From contig JBIIGI010000003.1 in NCBI GenBank assembly GCA_044236545.1, positions 7,709 through 71,708 on the forward strand: DNA of 64,000 nucleotides. The letters are read 5' to 3'. Below, in pieces: positions 18,062-27,610 of this stretch. The stretch comes from Chthoniobacterales bacterium. Lineage in GTDB: Bacteria > Verrucomicrobiota > Verrucomicrobiia > Chthoniobacterales > UBA6821. Below the pieces are notes generated by a model, which was not told where the DNA came from, did no database searches, and was given only the letters and a program-made list of their open reading frames with translations. Position 1 is the stretch's first letter, and every line of letters begins with the position of its first letter. The position numbers and the translations under genes were made by a program.

Positions 18062-20794
18062 ATGTCCCGCTACAAAGACACCGTCCGACTCCCCAAGACC
18101 GACTTCCCGATGAAGGCCGGTCTGGCCCAGCGTGAGCCGGAGTTGCTGGCCAAGTGGGAGAAGGAGGGGCTCTACGCCGCGATCCAGAAGGCCCGCGAAG
18201 GGGCTCCCAAGTTTGTCCTGCACGACGGGCCTCCCTTTGCCAATGGCGATGTCCACATGGGGACCGCGCTCAACAAGGTGCTCAAGGATCTGGTCGTCAA
18301 ATCGAAGACGATGGCCGGCTTCCAGTCCCCGTTCATCCCGGGATGGGATTGCCACGGACTGCCGATCGAGTTCCGCGTGGTGAAGTCCTCGGCCGGGCTC
18401 ACCCCCCTGCAGGTCCGCCAGAAGTCCGAGGAGTATGCCCGCAAGTTCATCGACATCCAGCGTGGCCAGTTCCGCAGACTCGGAGTCTTCGGTGACTGGG
18501 AGCACCCCTACCTGACGCTTGATCCCTCCTATGAGGCGGCGATCATTCGCTCCTTCGGACGGATGGTGGAAAAGGGGCTCGTCTACCGGAGCAAGAAGCC
18601 GGTTCTCTGGAGCACCGGTGCCCAGACTGCCCTTGCCGAAGCGGAGGTCGAGTATCAGGAGAAGACATCGCCGGCGATCTTCGTGAAGTTTGCCGTCGAT
18701 GCCGACGAGGCCGCCCGCCTTGGCCTCCCTGCCGAGAAGTCGCTCAGCGTCGTCATCTGGACCACGACTCCCTGGACTCTCCCGGCCAACCTTGCGATCG
18801 CCCTCCATGCCGACTTCGACTACGTCCTGCTGGAGAATGGCTCCGAGCGACTCATCGTCGCGGCGGGTCTGGCGGAGAAGTTCAAGGAAGCAACCGGACT
18901 GGAGTTGACCCAGCACGGCGTGGCCATCAAGGGTTCTTCCCTTCAGGGACTTCAGGCGCACCATCCCTTCCTCGATCGCTCCTCGACCGTGCACACGGCG
19001 GAGTTTGTGACGCTCGAGACCGGAAGCGGATGCGTTCACATCGCTCCCGGCCATGGTGACGACGATTATCAGTTGGGTCGGAAGGTCGGCCTCGATTTGC
19101 TCTCGCCTGTCGATGATTACGGCAGGTTCACCGAGGAGTGCGGCGTTCCCTCGCTGGTCGGCAAGAATGTCTTCGAGGGGAACGAGGAGGTGATCCGCAT
19201 CCTCACGGAGAAGGGGGCGCTTATCGGCCGGCAGGATTACCAACACAGCTATCCCCATTGCTGGCGCTCGAAGACCCCGATTCTCTTCCGCGCCGTCGAG
19301 CAGTTCTTCATCCGCATCGATGCGCTTCGCGAAAACGCCCTTGCCGAGATCGATGCCACCAACTGGATCCCGCATTGGGGCCGCAACCGTATCCGCGGCA
19401 CCGTCGAGTCACGTCCCGACTGGTGCATCTCCCGCCAGCGTACCTGGGGGGTTCCGCTGCCCGTTTTCTACACGCCCGAAGGGGAGCCGATCCTCGATCC
19501 CACCGTCATTGAGAAGGTCTCCGAAGTGGTCGCCGAGAAGGGATCGAATGCCTGGTTCTCCCTCGATGATGCCGAGTGGTGCCGCCTGACCGGCGCGCCT
19601 GCCGGATCGGTCCGTCGCAACGACACCCTTGATGTCTGGATCGACAGCGGCGTCAGCCACGAGGCGGTTTTGCGTGGCCGTCCCGAGCTTCAGTTCCCCG
19701 CCGATCTCTACCTTGAGGCGACCGACCAGCACCGCGGATGGTTCCAGTCGTCGCTGATGACCTCGGTGGCGCTCAACGGGAAGGCTCCCTACAAGACCGT
19801 CCTCACCCACGGCTTCGTGGTCGATGTCGACACGCGCCAGAAGATCTCGAAGTCGAATCAGGGAGCCGGCGGCTACCAGAAGCCGACCGAGGCCGATCAC
19901 TTCGTAAAGACCTACGGGGCCGACATCGTCCGTCTCTGGGCCAGTAGCGTCCAGTTCACAGACGATGTCCCGTTCTCGGAGGAGATCTTCGCGCGCCTCA
20001 CCGATTCCTACCGCAGGATCCGCAACACCCTGCGCATCCTCCTAGCCAATCTGGCCGACTACGATGCCTCGGCGCCTGCGGTTGAGCCCACGGCCATCGA
20101 CCGATGGATCCTGGCCCGTCTGCAGGAGACGGTGAACACCTGCCGCAAGGCCTACGAGGAGCTGGCCTTCCAGAAGGCTTATCAGGCGATCACCCAGTTC
20201 TGCGCCGTGGAGTTGAGCAGCATCTATGTCGACGTGACCAAGGACCGTCTTTACTGCGATTCCGGAAATTCCTCCCGACGTCGCGCCACGCAGGCCGTGA
20301 TGGCCAAGGTCTTCGAGGATCTCGTCCGACTGCTTGCGCCGATCCTTGCCTTCACCGCCGAGGAGGCCTGGGGACACTTTCGTTCCGGAAGCTCCGTCCA
20401 TCTGGAACTCTTCCCCGAGGAGAAGTCTCCCGATCAGGAAATCCTCTCCCGTTTCGAGGCGCTTCAGTCGCTCCGCGCCGATGTGGCGCAGGCCCTTGAG
20501 AAGGCCCAGCGTGATGGTGTGATTGCCAAGCCGCTGGAAGCCACCGTGGCCGTCACCACCGACGATCCCGTGATCCTGGCCGCCGCGGAGGGTGGGGGAC
20601 TGGCCGAGATCGAGGAGTTCCTTATCCTGAGCAATCTCTCCATCGCCAAGGGAGCCAAGGATGTCGTGATCGGCAAGACGGAGTCCGCCAAGTGCGAGCG
20701 CTGCTGGCGTCACCGCGATGAGGTCGGGTCCCATGCGGAGCATCCCACGCTCTGCGGTCGCTGCGTGGATGCTGTCGTTGCGTTGGAGGTTTGA
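18062..20794 (+). CDS. ileS: Isoleucine--tRNA ligase
   Basis: 910 aa. HIGH-type motif PFANGDVHMGTA, KMSKS-type KISKSNQ, C-terminal zinc motif CERCWRH...CGRC. Confidence 0.95.
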   Translation: MSRYKDTVRLPKTDFPMKAGLAQREPELLAKWEKEGLYAAIQKAREGAPKFVLHDGPPFANGDVHMGTALNKVLKDLVVKSKTMAGFQSPFIPGWDCHGLPIEFRVVKSSAGLTPLQVRQKSEEYARKFIDIQRGQFRRLGVFGDWEHPYLTLDPSYEAAIIRSFGRMVEKGLVYRSKKPVLWSTGAQTALAEAEVEYQEKTSPAIFVKFAVDADEAARLGLPAEKSLSVVIWTTTPWTLPANLAIALHADFDYVLLENGSERLIVAAGLAEKFKEATGLELTQHGVAIKGSSLQGLQAHHPFLDRSSTVHTAEFVTLETGSGCVHIAPGHGDDDYQLGRKVGLDLLSPVDDYGRFTEECGVPSLVGKNVFEGNEEVIRILTEKGALIGRQDYQHSYPHCWRSKTPILFRAVEQFFIRIDALRENALAEIDATNWIPHWGRNRIRGTVESRPDWCISRQRTWGVPLPVFYTPEGEPILDPTVIEKVSEVVAEKGSNAWFSLDDAEWCRLTGAPAGSVRRNDTLDVWIDSGVSHEAVLRGRPELQFPADLYLEATDQHRGWFQSSLMTSVALNGKAPYKTVLTHGFVVDVDTRQKISKSNQGAGGYQKPTEADHFVKTYGADIVRLWASSVQFTDDVPFSEEIFARLTDSYRRIRNTLRILLANLADYDASAPAVEPTAIDRWILARLQETVNTCRKAYEELAFQKAYQAITQFCAVELSSIYVDVTKDRLYCDSGNSSRRRATQAVMAKVFEDLVRLLAPILAFTAEEAWGHFRSGSSVHLELFPEEKSPDQEILSRFEALQSLRADVAQALEKAQRDGVIAKPLEATVAVTTDDPVILAAAEGGGLAEIEEFLILSNLSIAKGAKDVVIGKTESAKCERCWRHRDEVGSHAEHPTLCGRCVDAVVALEV

Positions 20795-20803
20795 GGCGCT
20801 TGC

Positions 20804-21292
20804 ATGAATCGCACGAAGGGAATCCCGATGGCGCTCGCATGGTCACTGATCGTGACCCTTGCCCTCGCTGATCAGCTTACCAAGATCCTGACGCTGCGCT
20901 TCATTCCGTATCAGGAATCGATTCCGGTCATTCCGGGATTCTTCAACCTGACCCATCTCCACAACACCGGAGCGGCTTTCAGCATGCTCCACGACAACAA
21001 CCTCTTCTTCATCCTTCTCTCGTGCGCTGTCTTCATCACTCTGATCGTTCTGCGCCGACACTTCTCCGGTCTGCTGATGCAGTGCGGATGGCTTCTCCTC
21101 CTCTCGGGAATCATCGGCAATGTGACCGACCGGATCAGGCTCGGCCATGTCGTCGATTTCCTCGACTTCCAGTTCGGCGGCTACCACTGGCCGGCATTCA
21201 ATGTGGCCGACTCCTGCATCTGCATCGCCGCCGGACTTTTCCTGATCTCTGGATTCGTCACCCCCAAGGAATCAACGCCAACCAACCCATGA
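20804..21292 (+). CDS. lspA: Lipoprotein signal peptidase (signal peptidase II)
   Basis: 162 aa with four hydrophobic segments. Conserved NTGAAFS and VVDFLDF...WPAFNVADS motifs, in the classic position after ileS. Confidence 0.9.
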   Translation: MNRTKGIPMALAWSLIVTLALADQLTKILTLRFIPYQESIPVIPGFFNLTHLHNTGAAFSMLHDNNLFFILLSCAVFITLIVLRRHFSGLLMQCGWLLLLSGIIGNVTDRIRLGHVVDFLDFQFGGYHWPAFNVADSCICIAAGLFLISGFVTPKESTPTNP

Positions 21293-21708
21293 AAACGCCA
21301 CGCACTCCCCACGACACGATCCACGGCCTAGTCTACTTTCCGCGCATGGTGGAGAAGATTCGTCTCCATGCCGCCGGGGAGTTGGCAGAGGATTGCATCC
21401 CGAACCTCGGAAAGGGGTTTGATGACCGCTGCTGCAAGTTTCTGGGAGTCCTCTACGACGAACTGGCCGCCCAGGTGAAGGCGGGGCTCTCCGATGAAGC
21501 GGTCTGGGATTGGGCCGTGAAGCACGGCGCCGAGCCGACCGTAGAGCAGATCGAGATCTGGAACGGCTTCATGACCAAGCGGGGGTGGCGGGATGACGTG
21601 AGCGAGATCCTGATCCGCCGCAAGAAAGAGAGCGGATTCGAGACCCGAGACGAGATCCAGACCATGTTCGACTACATCGACGCGGATGAAGGTCGGACTC
21701 TCCGTTAG
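21289..21708 (+). CDS. DUF5069-like hypothetical protein
   Basis: ATG 21289 overlaps the lspA stop (ATGA). MKTPRTPHDTIHGLVYFPRMVEKIRLHAAGEL... matches the pattern I associate with DUF5069. The longer track ORF (21022) would run through lspA. Confidence 0.6.
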   Translation: MKTPRTPHDTIHGLVYFPRMVEKIRLHAAGELAEDCIPNLGKGFDDRCCKFLGVLYDELAAQVKAGLSDEAVWDWAVKHGAEPTVEQIEIWNGFMTKRGWRDDVSEILIRRKKESGFETRDEIQTMFDYIDADEGRTLR

Positions 21709-21784
21709 GGATTCCCTAGATAAGGCTTACACATCCCCGTTTTTCACCCTTCATTTTTCATTCCGACCCTGCTAGGATGGGATC

Positions 21785-22243
21785 ATGAAGAAGTCCTCCC
21801 TCCTCTCGCTCGCTTCCAGTGCCGCCCTTCTTGCAGGTTGTACCACGGAAATGGGTCCGAATGGTCAACCCCGCTCCGTGATGACCCCGATGGGGGCCGC
21901 GGTGGTTCAAGGACTGACCGCTGCTGGAATAGGTGCTGGAACAGGCGCCCTGATGAGAGGCGTGAATCCCGTGGCTGCGGGTGCCATCGCGGCCGGAGCC
22001 GGCAGCGTCGGATCACAGGCCATCAACGCATTTATTCCAAAGTCGAGCGGTTCCGGATCGGGTGGAGGCTATCAACAACAGCCCACCAACCAACAACTCT
22101 ACACCCGCAACTCCAGCGGTGGCTTTGTTCCCGCCAAGATCAGCTACGTCCAGCAGCAGGACGGGACTTATATCCCCTCCTATCCGAGGGGGAGTCAACT
22201 CTTCCGTCAGTTGCCTAATGGCGCTTTCGCGCCGGTAAACTGA
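21785..22243 (+). CDS. Small Gly/Ala-rich lipoprotein
   Basis: Lipobox LLAGC after a signal peptide (MKKSSLLSLASSAALLAGC). Confidence 0.6.
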   Translation: MKKSSLLSLASSAALLAGCTTEMGPNGQPRSVMTPMGAAVVQGLTAAGIGAGTGALMRGVNPVAAGAIAAGAGSVGSQAINAFIPKSSGSGSGGGYQQQPTNQQLYTRNSSGGFVPAKISYVQQQDGTYIPSYPRGSQLFRQLPNGAFAPVN

Positions 22244-22362
22244 TCTTCCGAAAGAAGTAATCAGGAACTCAGGAAAATAGGGAGGGTCAAGGGAGTTGCT
22301 GTGGCAATTTCCGATGGGCAGGCCGCATTTTTTCAGATCACCAGCCTAAACTGCTAGGGCCT

Positions 22363-24375
22363 CTAAGCATCCTTTGATGACTCAGGAAGTTTGATTGCTA
22401 GCAACCGGAGGCTGTTGATCACCACGAGTAGCGTGCTGCCCTCATGGGCGGCGACCCCGAGTGTGAGTGGGACCGGGTAGATGAAGGCGGCGCAGACCAT
22501 CACGAGGACGGTGCCGAGGGCGACGATGATGTTCTGGGTGATGATTCCCTTGGCCTGAACGCTCAACAGGCGTGCCAGGAGGAAGTTCTCGATCCGATCA
22601 TTCATCAGCACCACCTCTGCTTGCTCGAGCGCGGCGTCGGAGCCGCGCGCACCCATGGCCACGCCGACATCGGCGGCCGCGATGCAGGGAGCATCATTCA
22701 CTCCATCCCCGATCATGGCGACGCGCACTTTGCCACCCTCCTTGAGATTCTCGACGGCCTCGACTTTCTTATCCGGCGACAGTTCTGAGAGGATCTCTCC
22801 GATGCCGACCTTTGTACCTATCAACTGGGCGGCATCTCGGTGATCTCCCGTGAGCATCACGGTGCGGACTCCCTGCCGGTGGAGGGCCTTGAGGGTGAGG
22901 GCCGATTCCGGCCTCACCTCGTCGGTGAAGACCATTCTTCCCAAGAGATTATCGCCTGCAACCCAGACAACGGCACCCGCTGTTTTTCCTGCGGGTGGCA
23001 GCTCCCGGCCCGCAAAACGCTCGAGTCCCAGAACGAGCTTCCGGCTTCCCATGACATAGGTCTCCCCGTTGACGTTGGCCCGGACTCCCTTGCCGAGGAT
23101 GGTTTCGAAGTTGGCCGCCTCCATGGCGGGAGTGCCCCAGGTTGCGGCGATCCTCCGGATCGCACGGGAGAGGGGATGCTCGGAGAGCCGTGCCAGTGAA
23201 TGGGCGACTTTGCGGAACTGTTCCTCCGATCCCTCGAAGACGTCGATCTCAGCGAGGGTCAGGTTTCCCGAGGTCAGGGTGCCAGTCTTATCGAGGGCGA
23301 CGACGCTGACATTGGCGAGTGTCTCGATGGCGGCGCCGCCGCGATAGAGGATTCCACGCCTCGCACCGCTTGCAATGGCCGAGAGGATTGCCGAGGGGAC
23401 CGAGAGAACCAGGGCGCAGGGGGATGCGACGACCAGCAGGGTCATGGTCCGGTAGAAGGCGCTGGCGCTTCCGTCGAGAGTCTCAAACGGGGGGAGCCCG
23501 AGCGCCAGCCACCAGACAAAGAACATCACGGTGCAGAGGGAGAGGATCGTCCAGGTGTAGCCGGTACCGAATTTGTCGGTGAAGCGCTGGGAGGGAGCCT
23601 TCAGATTCTGGGCGTTCTGGATCAGGCGGATGATCTTCTGCAGGGAACTCTCGCTGGCCGGTCGCAGGACGCGTCCTTCAAGAACGCCCCAGAGGTTGAT
23701 CGTGCCGGAGAGGGCGGTGTCGCCTGGTCGCTTCGGGACGGGAATGGCCTCGCCGGTCATGTTCGACTCGTCGCAGGCGCTCTCTCCCTTGACCACCTCC
23801 ATGTCGGTGGGGATCTGTTCGCCCGTGGTCACCAGCACGATCATCCCGGGGGAGAGTTGCTCGACCGGAATCTGCTCCTCCCGGCCTTCCCGGAGGACGC
23901 GGGCCATCTTCGGGGCGCCGCGGAAGAGGGCGTCGATCGCCTTCTTGGTCCGTCCCATCGCGAAGTGCTCCATGGCTCCCGAGGCCGAGAAGAGAAAGAG
24001 CAGGAGGGCCCCCTCGCGCCATGCACCGATGATCCCGGCGCCCACCGCGACGGCAAGCATCAGGAAGTGGACGTCGAGTTGTCCTTTCCGGATGCGTTCC
24101 CAGGCGTCCCCCGCCGCATCCCAGCCTCCGCAGAGATAGGCGAGGAGATAGAGGACCGTGGCGGCCATCTGGTTGTGGAAGATCCATTCCGTGAGAAGCC
24201 CTAGGACCCCGAAGAGAAGGCACCCCGCCGCCAGCGAGGCCATCAGGCGCCACTCCTCGTGCTCTTCATCATCGCCGAAGGGGGCGTGGGCACGCGCCGC
24301 ATACTGAGGGAAGCAGGCATTGCATCCCTCCTTGAGGCGTGAGAGGAGGTCGTGGTTGGCGGCTGACGGGGGCAT
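22363..24375 (-). CDS. Heavy-metal-translocating P1B-type ATPase (SPC motif, P1B-4-like)
   Basis: DKTGTLT phosphorylation site, GDGVNDAP hinge, transmembrane SPC motif (VASPCALV). Start is ATG 24375 or, as in the track, 24432. Confidence 0.85.
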   Translation of the reverse strand: MPPSAANHDLLSRLKEGCNACFPQYAARAHAPFGDDEEHEEWRLMASLAAGCLLFGVLGLLTEWIFHNQMAATVLYLLAYLCGGWDAAGDAWERIRKGQLDVHFLMLAVAVGAGIIGAWREGALLLFLFSASGAMEHFAMGRTKKAIDALFRGAPKMARVLREGREEQIPVEQLSPGMIVLVTTGEQIPTDMEVVKGESACDESNMTGEAIPVPKRPGDTALSGTINLWGVLEGRVLRPASESSLQKIIRLIQNAQNLKAPSQRFTDKFGTGYTWTILSLCTVMFFVWWLALGLPPFETLDGSASAFYRTMTLLVVASPCALVLSVPSAILSAIASGARRGILYRGGAAIETLANVSVVALDKTGTLTSGNLTLAEIDVFEGSEEQFRKVAHSLARLSEHPLSRAIRRIAATWGTPAMEAANFETILGKGVRANVNGETYVMGSRKLVLGLERFAGRELPPAGKTAGAVVWVAGDNLLGRMVFTDEVRPESALTLKALHRQGVRTVMLTGDHRDAAQLIGTKVGIGEILSELSPDKKVEAVENLKEGGKVRVAMIGDGVNDAPCIAAADVGVAMGARGSDAALEQAEVVLMNDRIENFLLARLLSVQAKGIITQNIIVALGTVLVMVCAAFIYPVPLTLGVAAHEGSTLLVVINSLRLLAIKLPESSKDA

Positions 24376-24460
24376 GGGAAAAAAGCTATCGGGGCTACGG
24401 AGAGTGTCAAAACAGGAGAATCTGCTTCCCACGCGGCTTCAGGAGGTTTCCCATAAGGGG

Positions 24461-24940
24461 ATGAACCGACTCGTAGCTGCGGATGAATTGGCGGCCCTTG
24501 GCGCGGAGTATGCCGCTATGGGGAAGAAACTGGTGCTCACCAACGGCTGTTTCGATCTGCTTCACACGGGACATGTCCGCTATCTCGAGCAGGCGCGGGA
24601 GTGCGGGGACGCCCTGATCGTGGCCGTCAACAGCGACGCCTCGGTCCGCGAACTCAAGGGCCCCGATCGCCCCCTCAACGGCGAGCTCGACCGCGCCGAG
24701 GTGCTGGCGGCGCTCCGCTGCGTGGACCATGTGACGATCTTCACCGGGAAGCGCGTGACCGAAGTGATCCGCTCCCTGCGGCCCGCCATCTATGCCAAGG
24801 GAGGAGACTACACCCTGGAGACGCTTGATTCCGGGGAACGGGAGGCCCTCGAGGAAGTCGGGGCCAAGATCAGCCTTCTCCAATTGGTGCCGGGTCGCTC
24901 GACCACGGGCATTCTGGAGAGGGCCAGACGGGAAGAATAA
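24461..24940 (+). CDS. D-glycero-beta-D-manno-heptose-1-phosphate adenylyltransferase (RfaE domain II-like cytidylyltransferase)
   Basis: HxGH motif NGCFDLLHTGHVRYL, with ATG at 24461. The upstream part of the track ORF overlaps the divergent ATPase start. Confidence 0.8.
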   Translation: MNRLVAADELAALGAEYAAMGKKLVLTNGCFDLLHTGHVRYLEQARECGDALIVAVNSDASVRELKGPDRPLNGELDRAEVLAALRCVDHVTIFTGKRVTEVIRSLRPAIYAKGGDYTLETLDSGEREALEEVGAKISLLQLVPGRSTTGILERARREE

Positions 24941-24949
24941 GGCCTCCGA

Positions 24950-25423
24950 TCAGTACTGGGGCGGGCCGATGAGTCGGACGGAGGGGTCGGTCCAGCGCTT
25001 GTCGGGATAGATGAGGGGTGCGTTCGTTGAGGTGACGGTGGCGCCGGTGAGGACGAACTCCGGGTAGAAGCTGTCGCTGGCAGGTTCGTAGACTTTCTCT
25101 CCTGAGAAGTGTCCGGTGAGGCGGTACTCGTAATTGTTATCACAACCGATGTCGTTTCGATCGCGGTCAGGTGCCAGCTTCTTCTGCTCGTTGAACATGA
25201 CAAGCTGCGACTGCTTCCAGGGCTCTCCCGGCTTCCTGACCCAGCCCCACATCTTGTAGTCGACCTTGTAGAAGCGGCGCCCGATATAATAGGGACCCTG
25301 CTTTTCACCGGAAATGGCCCGGGAAAGAGCCTGGCGGTCCTCCGGGGTCTGGTACACGATCGGCGCCTCGCATCCTGCAAGGAGAAGGAGGCAGGCAATC
25401 AGTGAGGGCAGGAGTCTTTTCAC
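24950..25423 (-). CDS. Hypothetical lipoprotein
   Basis: Signal peptide with lipobox (LLLLAGC). 4-nt overlap with the upstream gene. Confidence 0.6.
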   Translation of the reverse strand: MKRLLPSLIACLLLLAGCEAPIVYQTPEDRQALSRAISGEKQGPYYIGRRFYKVDYKMWGWVRKPGEPWKQSQLVMFNEQKKLAPDRDRNDIGCDNNYEYRLTGHFSGEKVYEPASDSFYPEFVLTGATVTSTNAPLIYPDKRWTDPSVRLIGPPQY

Positions 25424-26352
25424 GGGTGGTCTCGGAGGATGGGTGTCAGGAGTTCAGTGAGAGAGGATTCGTCTTCCGGATCCATTCCGGCCGGGGCTTT
25501 CATGAGATGCCATGTCTCGGGATGGGATGTGCTTTCACCCGGGTGTAGGGTTGCCAGGGGGCCGAGCGACTCGATCTCAAGCATCTCCCCGTTGGTGAAG
25601 GTCTCGAAGTTGCAGCCGCCATCCGGATAGGTGGCTCCTTTCACCAAGGGGAATTTCTTGAGGAAAAGCTCCCCGCCCAGCAGGTATCCAACCCATCGTT
25701 CCTCGTGTGCCAAGCCGATCTTTGTGGGTGTTCCATGCTCCTGCTGCCGGAGGAGCATGAAGGAGCGGCCGATCTTCCAACGGGGGTCACTCAGGTCGGT
25801 GTAGGGCCAGAGAACCATCGTCCTGTTCGGTAGGAGGTCGCGGGGGTGCTCCCCGAGGGAGGGCTGGGGGATGATCTCGGTGCCGCCCGGCGCCATGACG
25901 CTCAATGCCCAGGTTGCCAGCGTGACGGGGGAATCCCCCTCGTTGGTGACTGTGTGGAGTAGTTCAAGGCGTGATCCCGAGGTGCCGAGGAGCAGTGTGA
26001 GGTCCTTGCGCAGAGGATGGGGTGAGTTCATCCGGCTCGAGATGACGATCTCCCCGTTTTTTCCCCGCGTCCAGGAGACGGGCTCGTTGTCGCGGTGATA
26101 GCTGAGCAACTCGTCCTCAGGGGCGATCCAGAGGCGGTGTCCTCCGCGGATCATCCACTCCCGCTCGCGTGTCCCGCCGAGCTGGTCGGGGTAGTTTTTC
26201 AGTACGTTAGTTTCTCCGGGCCTCCGGTAGACGAGGATGCGGGGGCCAACGTCAAGCGTGGCGACGATCTCAACGTCGCCATTGGCAAGGCGCAGGCAGT
26301 TGGGCCATCCGCCGTGGGAGACGGTCTCTGGGGCGGCTGTCTGAGGGGTCAA
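25420..26352 (-). CDS. Hypothetical protein (possibly aldose-epimerase-like beta-sandwich)
   Basis: 310 aa ORF with host-like composition, coupled to the downstream lipoprotein gene. No motif confidently recognised. Confidence 0.55.
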   Translation of the reverse strand: MTPQTAAPETVSHGGWPNCLRLANGDVEIVATLDVGPRILVYRRPGETNVLKNYPDQLGGTREREWMIRGGHRLWIAPEDELLSYHRDNEPVSWTRGKNGEIVISSRMNSPHPLRKDLTLLLGTSGSRLELLHTVTNEGDSPVTLATWALSVMAPGGTEIIPQPSLGEHPRDLLPNRTMVLWPYTDLSDPRWKIGRSFMLLRQQEHGTPTKIGLAHEERWVGYLLGGELFLKKFPLVKGATYPDGGCNFETFTNGEMLEIESLGPLATLHPGESTSHPETWHLMKAPAGMDPEDESSLTELLTPILRDHP

Positions 26353-26399
26353 GGAGTTCAGGCTGTGGTCGTGATGCGACGCTACGCCTCCTTCCGGTT

Positions 26400-27512
26400 T
26401 TACACCGAGACGCGCATCGGCATCAGCACGTAGAGAAAGCGCTGGGCCGAGTTGATCTTGATAACGCCGGGACTCATCTCGTCGATGAGTTCCAGGGCGA
26501 TGGTGTCGTCGGAGAGATTGCGGAGAGGATCGATCAGAAACTCGGGATTGAACGCGATCGCGAGGTCGCGGCCCTTGTAGGCCACGGCAAGCGATTCCTT
26601 GGCCTCGCCGACCTCGGGGGTGTTCGAGGTGATATCGAGGTTGTTCTTGGTGAAGTTGAGGCGAACGGAACCGCTCTTGTCACTGCTGAGCAGGGAGACG
26701 CGGCGCACCGACTGGAGGAGGGTCTCACGCTCAAGGGAGACGCGCTCCTTGGCCTCGCCGGGAATCACCTGGCGGTAGTTCGGATAGGTGCCGTCGACGA
26801 GTTTGGTTGCAAGCACGGTGGCGCCGAGGTCGAAGGCGACCATGTTGTCACCGACGTGGAGGCGGACATCCCTGTCATCGACGAGGAGGCGCTGGAGTTC
26901 GCCGATCGCCTTGGTCGGGACGATGAAGTCGCGCTCGTGACCCTCAGGATACTTGATCTCTCCAAGTTCGGCATCGCAGAGGGCGAGGCGGCGTCCGTCC
27001 GTGGCCACCAGGGTGAGGCGACCGTCGCGGAAGGAGAAGAGGATTCCGTTGAGGACATAACGGGATTCGTCGAGGGAGATGGAGTAGGAAGTCTTGCGCA
27101 GGCCCTCCTTGAGTTCGCCCTGCTTCATCGAGAATCCACGCTTTTCCTCCAGTGAGGGGAAGGCTGGATATTCTTCCTTCGGGAGGCCGAAGACCTTGAA
27201 GAAGCTGGGACCGCTGCGGATGGAGGTGACGTTGCGGCCGTCGGTCTCCATCTCGACCTCCTCGGCGGGAAGTTCGCGGATGATGGAGAGAAGGCGACGG
27301 GCCGGAAGGGTGGTCGATCCGGGTTTCTCGACGGTGGCCGGGGTTTCCGTCCGCACGCTCACATCGAGATCGGTGGCCGTGAGTTGAAGTCCGCTCCCCG
27401 TTGTCTCGAGAAGGACGTTCGAGAGGACGGGAAGGGTGACCTTGTTGGAGACGATGTTCTGGATGCGCTGGAGTCCGTCGAGCAGCGCCTGCTTGGTAAC
27501 CGTGAATTTCAT
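26400..27512 (-). CDS. dnaN: DNA polymerase III beta sliding clamp
   Basis: 370 aa. MKFTVTKQALLDGLQRIQNIVS... three-domain clamp pattern, directly downstream of dnaA. Confidence 0.9.
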   Translation of the reverse strand: MKFTVTKQALLDGLQRIQNIVSNKVTLPVLSNVLLETTGSGLQLTATDLDVSVRTETPATVEKPGSTTLPARRLLSIIRELPAEEVEMETDGRNVTSIRSGPSFFKVFGLPKEEYPAFPSLEEKRGFSMKQGELKEGLRKTSYSISLDESRYVLNGILFSFRDGRLTLVATDGRRLALCDAELGEIKYPEGHERDFIVPTKAIGELQRLLVDDRDVRLHVGDNMVAFDLGATVLATKLVDGTYPNYRQVIPGEAKERVSLERETLLQSVRRVSLLSSDKSGSVRLNFTKNNLDITSNTPEVGEAKESLAVAYKGRDLAIAFNPEFLIDPLRNLSDDTIALELIDEMSPGVIKINSAQRFLYVLMPMRVSV

Positions 27513-27610
27513 GAATTGTGTGAGATGCTCCGGAAATCCGGAATAGACTTCTGGATAGATCCGGAGAGGGGTGCTGTCAAAGTGATTCTGGCAAAATCAC
27601 CCCGGAACCA

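Noticed and set aside
21022-21288. Upstream extension of the DUF5069-like ORF, and the similar extensions 47365-47544, 46244-46387, 24320-24460 and 57563-57661
   Set aside because: The extensions overlap the preceding or divergent genes out of frame and translate to low-complexity sequence. Internal starts with stop-start overlap or proper N-termini (signal peptide, HxGH domain) fit better.
27513-27610. DnaA boxes / oriC in the dnaA-dnaN spacer and upstream of dnaA (29054-29137)
   Set aside because: Only weak matches such as tctggatag are present, with no cluster of TTATCCACA-like 9-mers or an AT-rich DUE. The gaps are under 100 bp. This is kept as an open question in the findings, not called as a feature.
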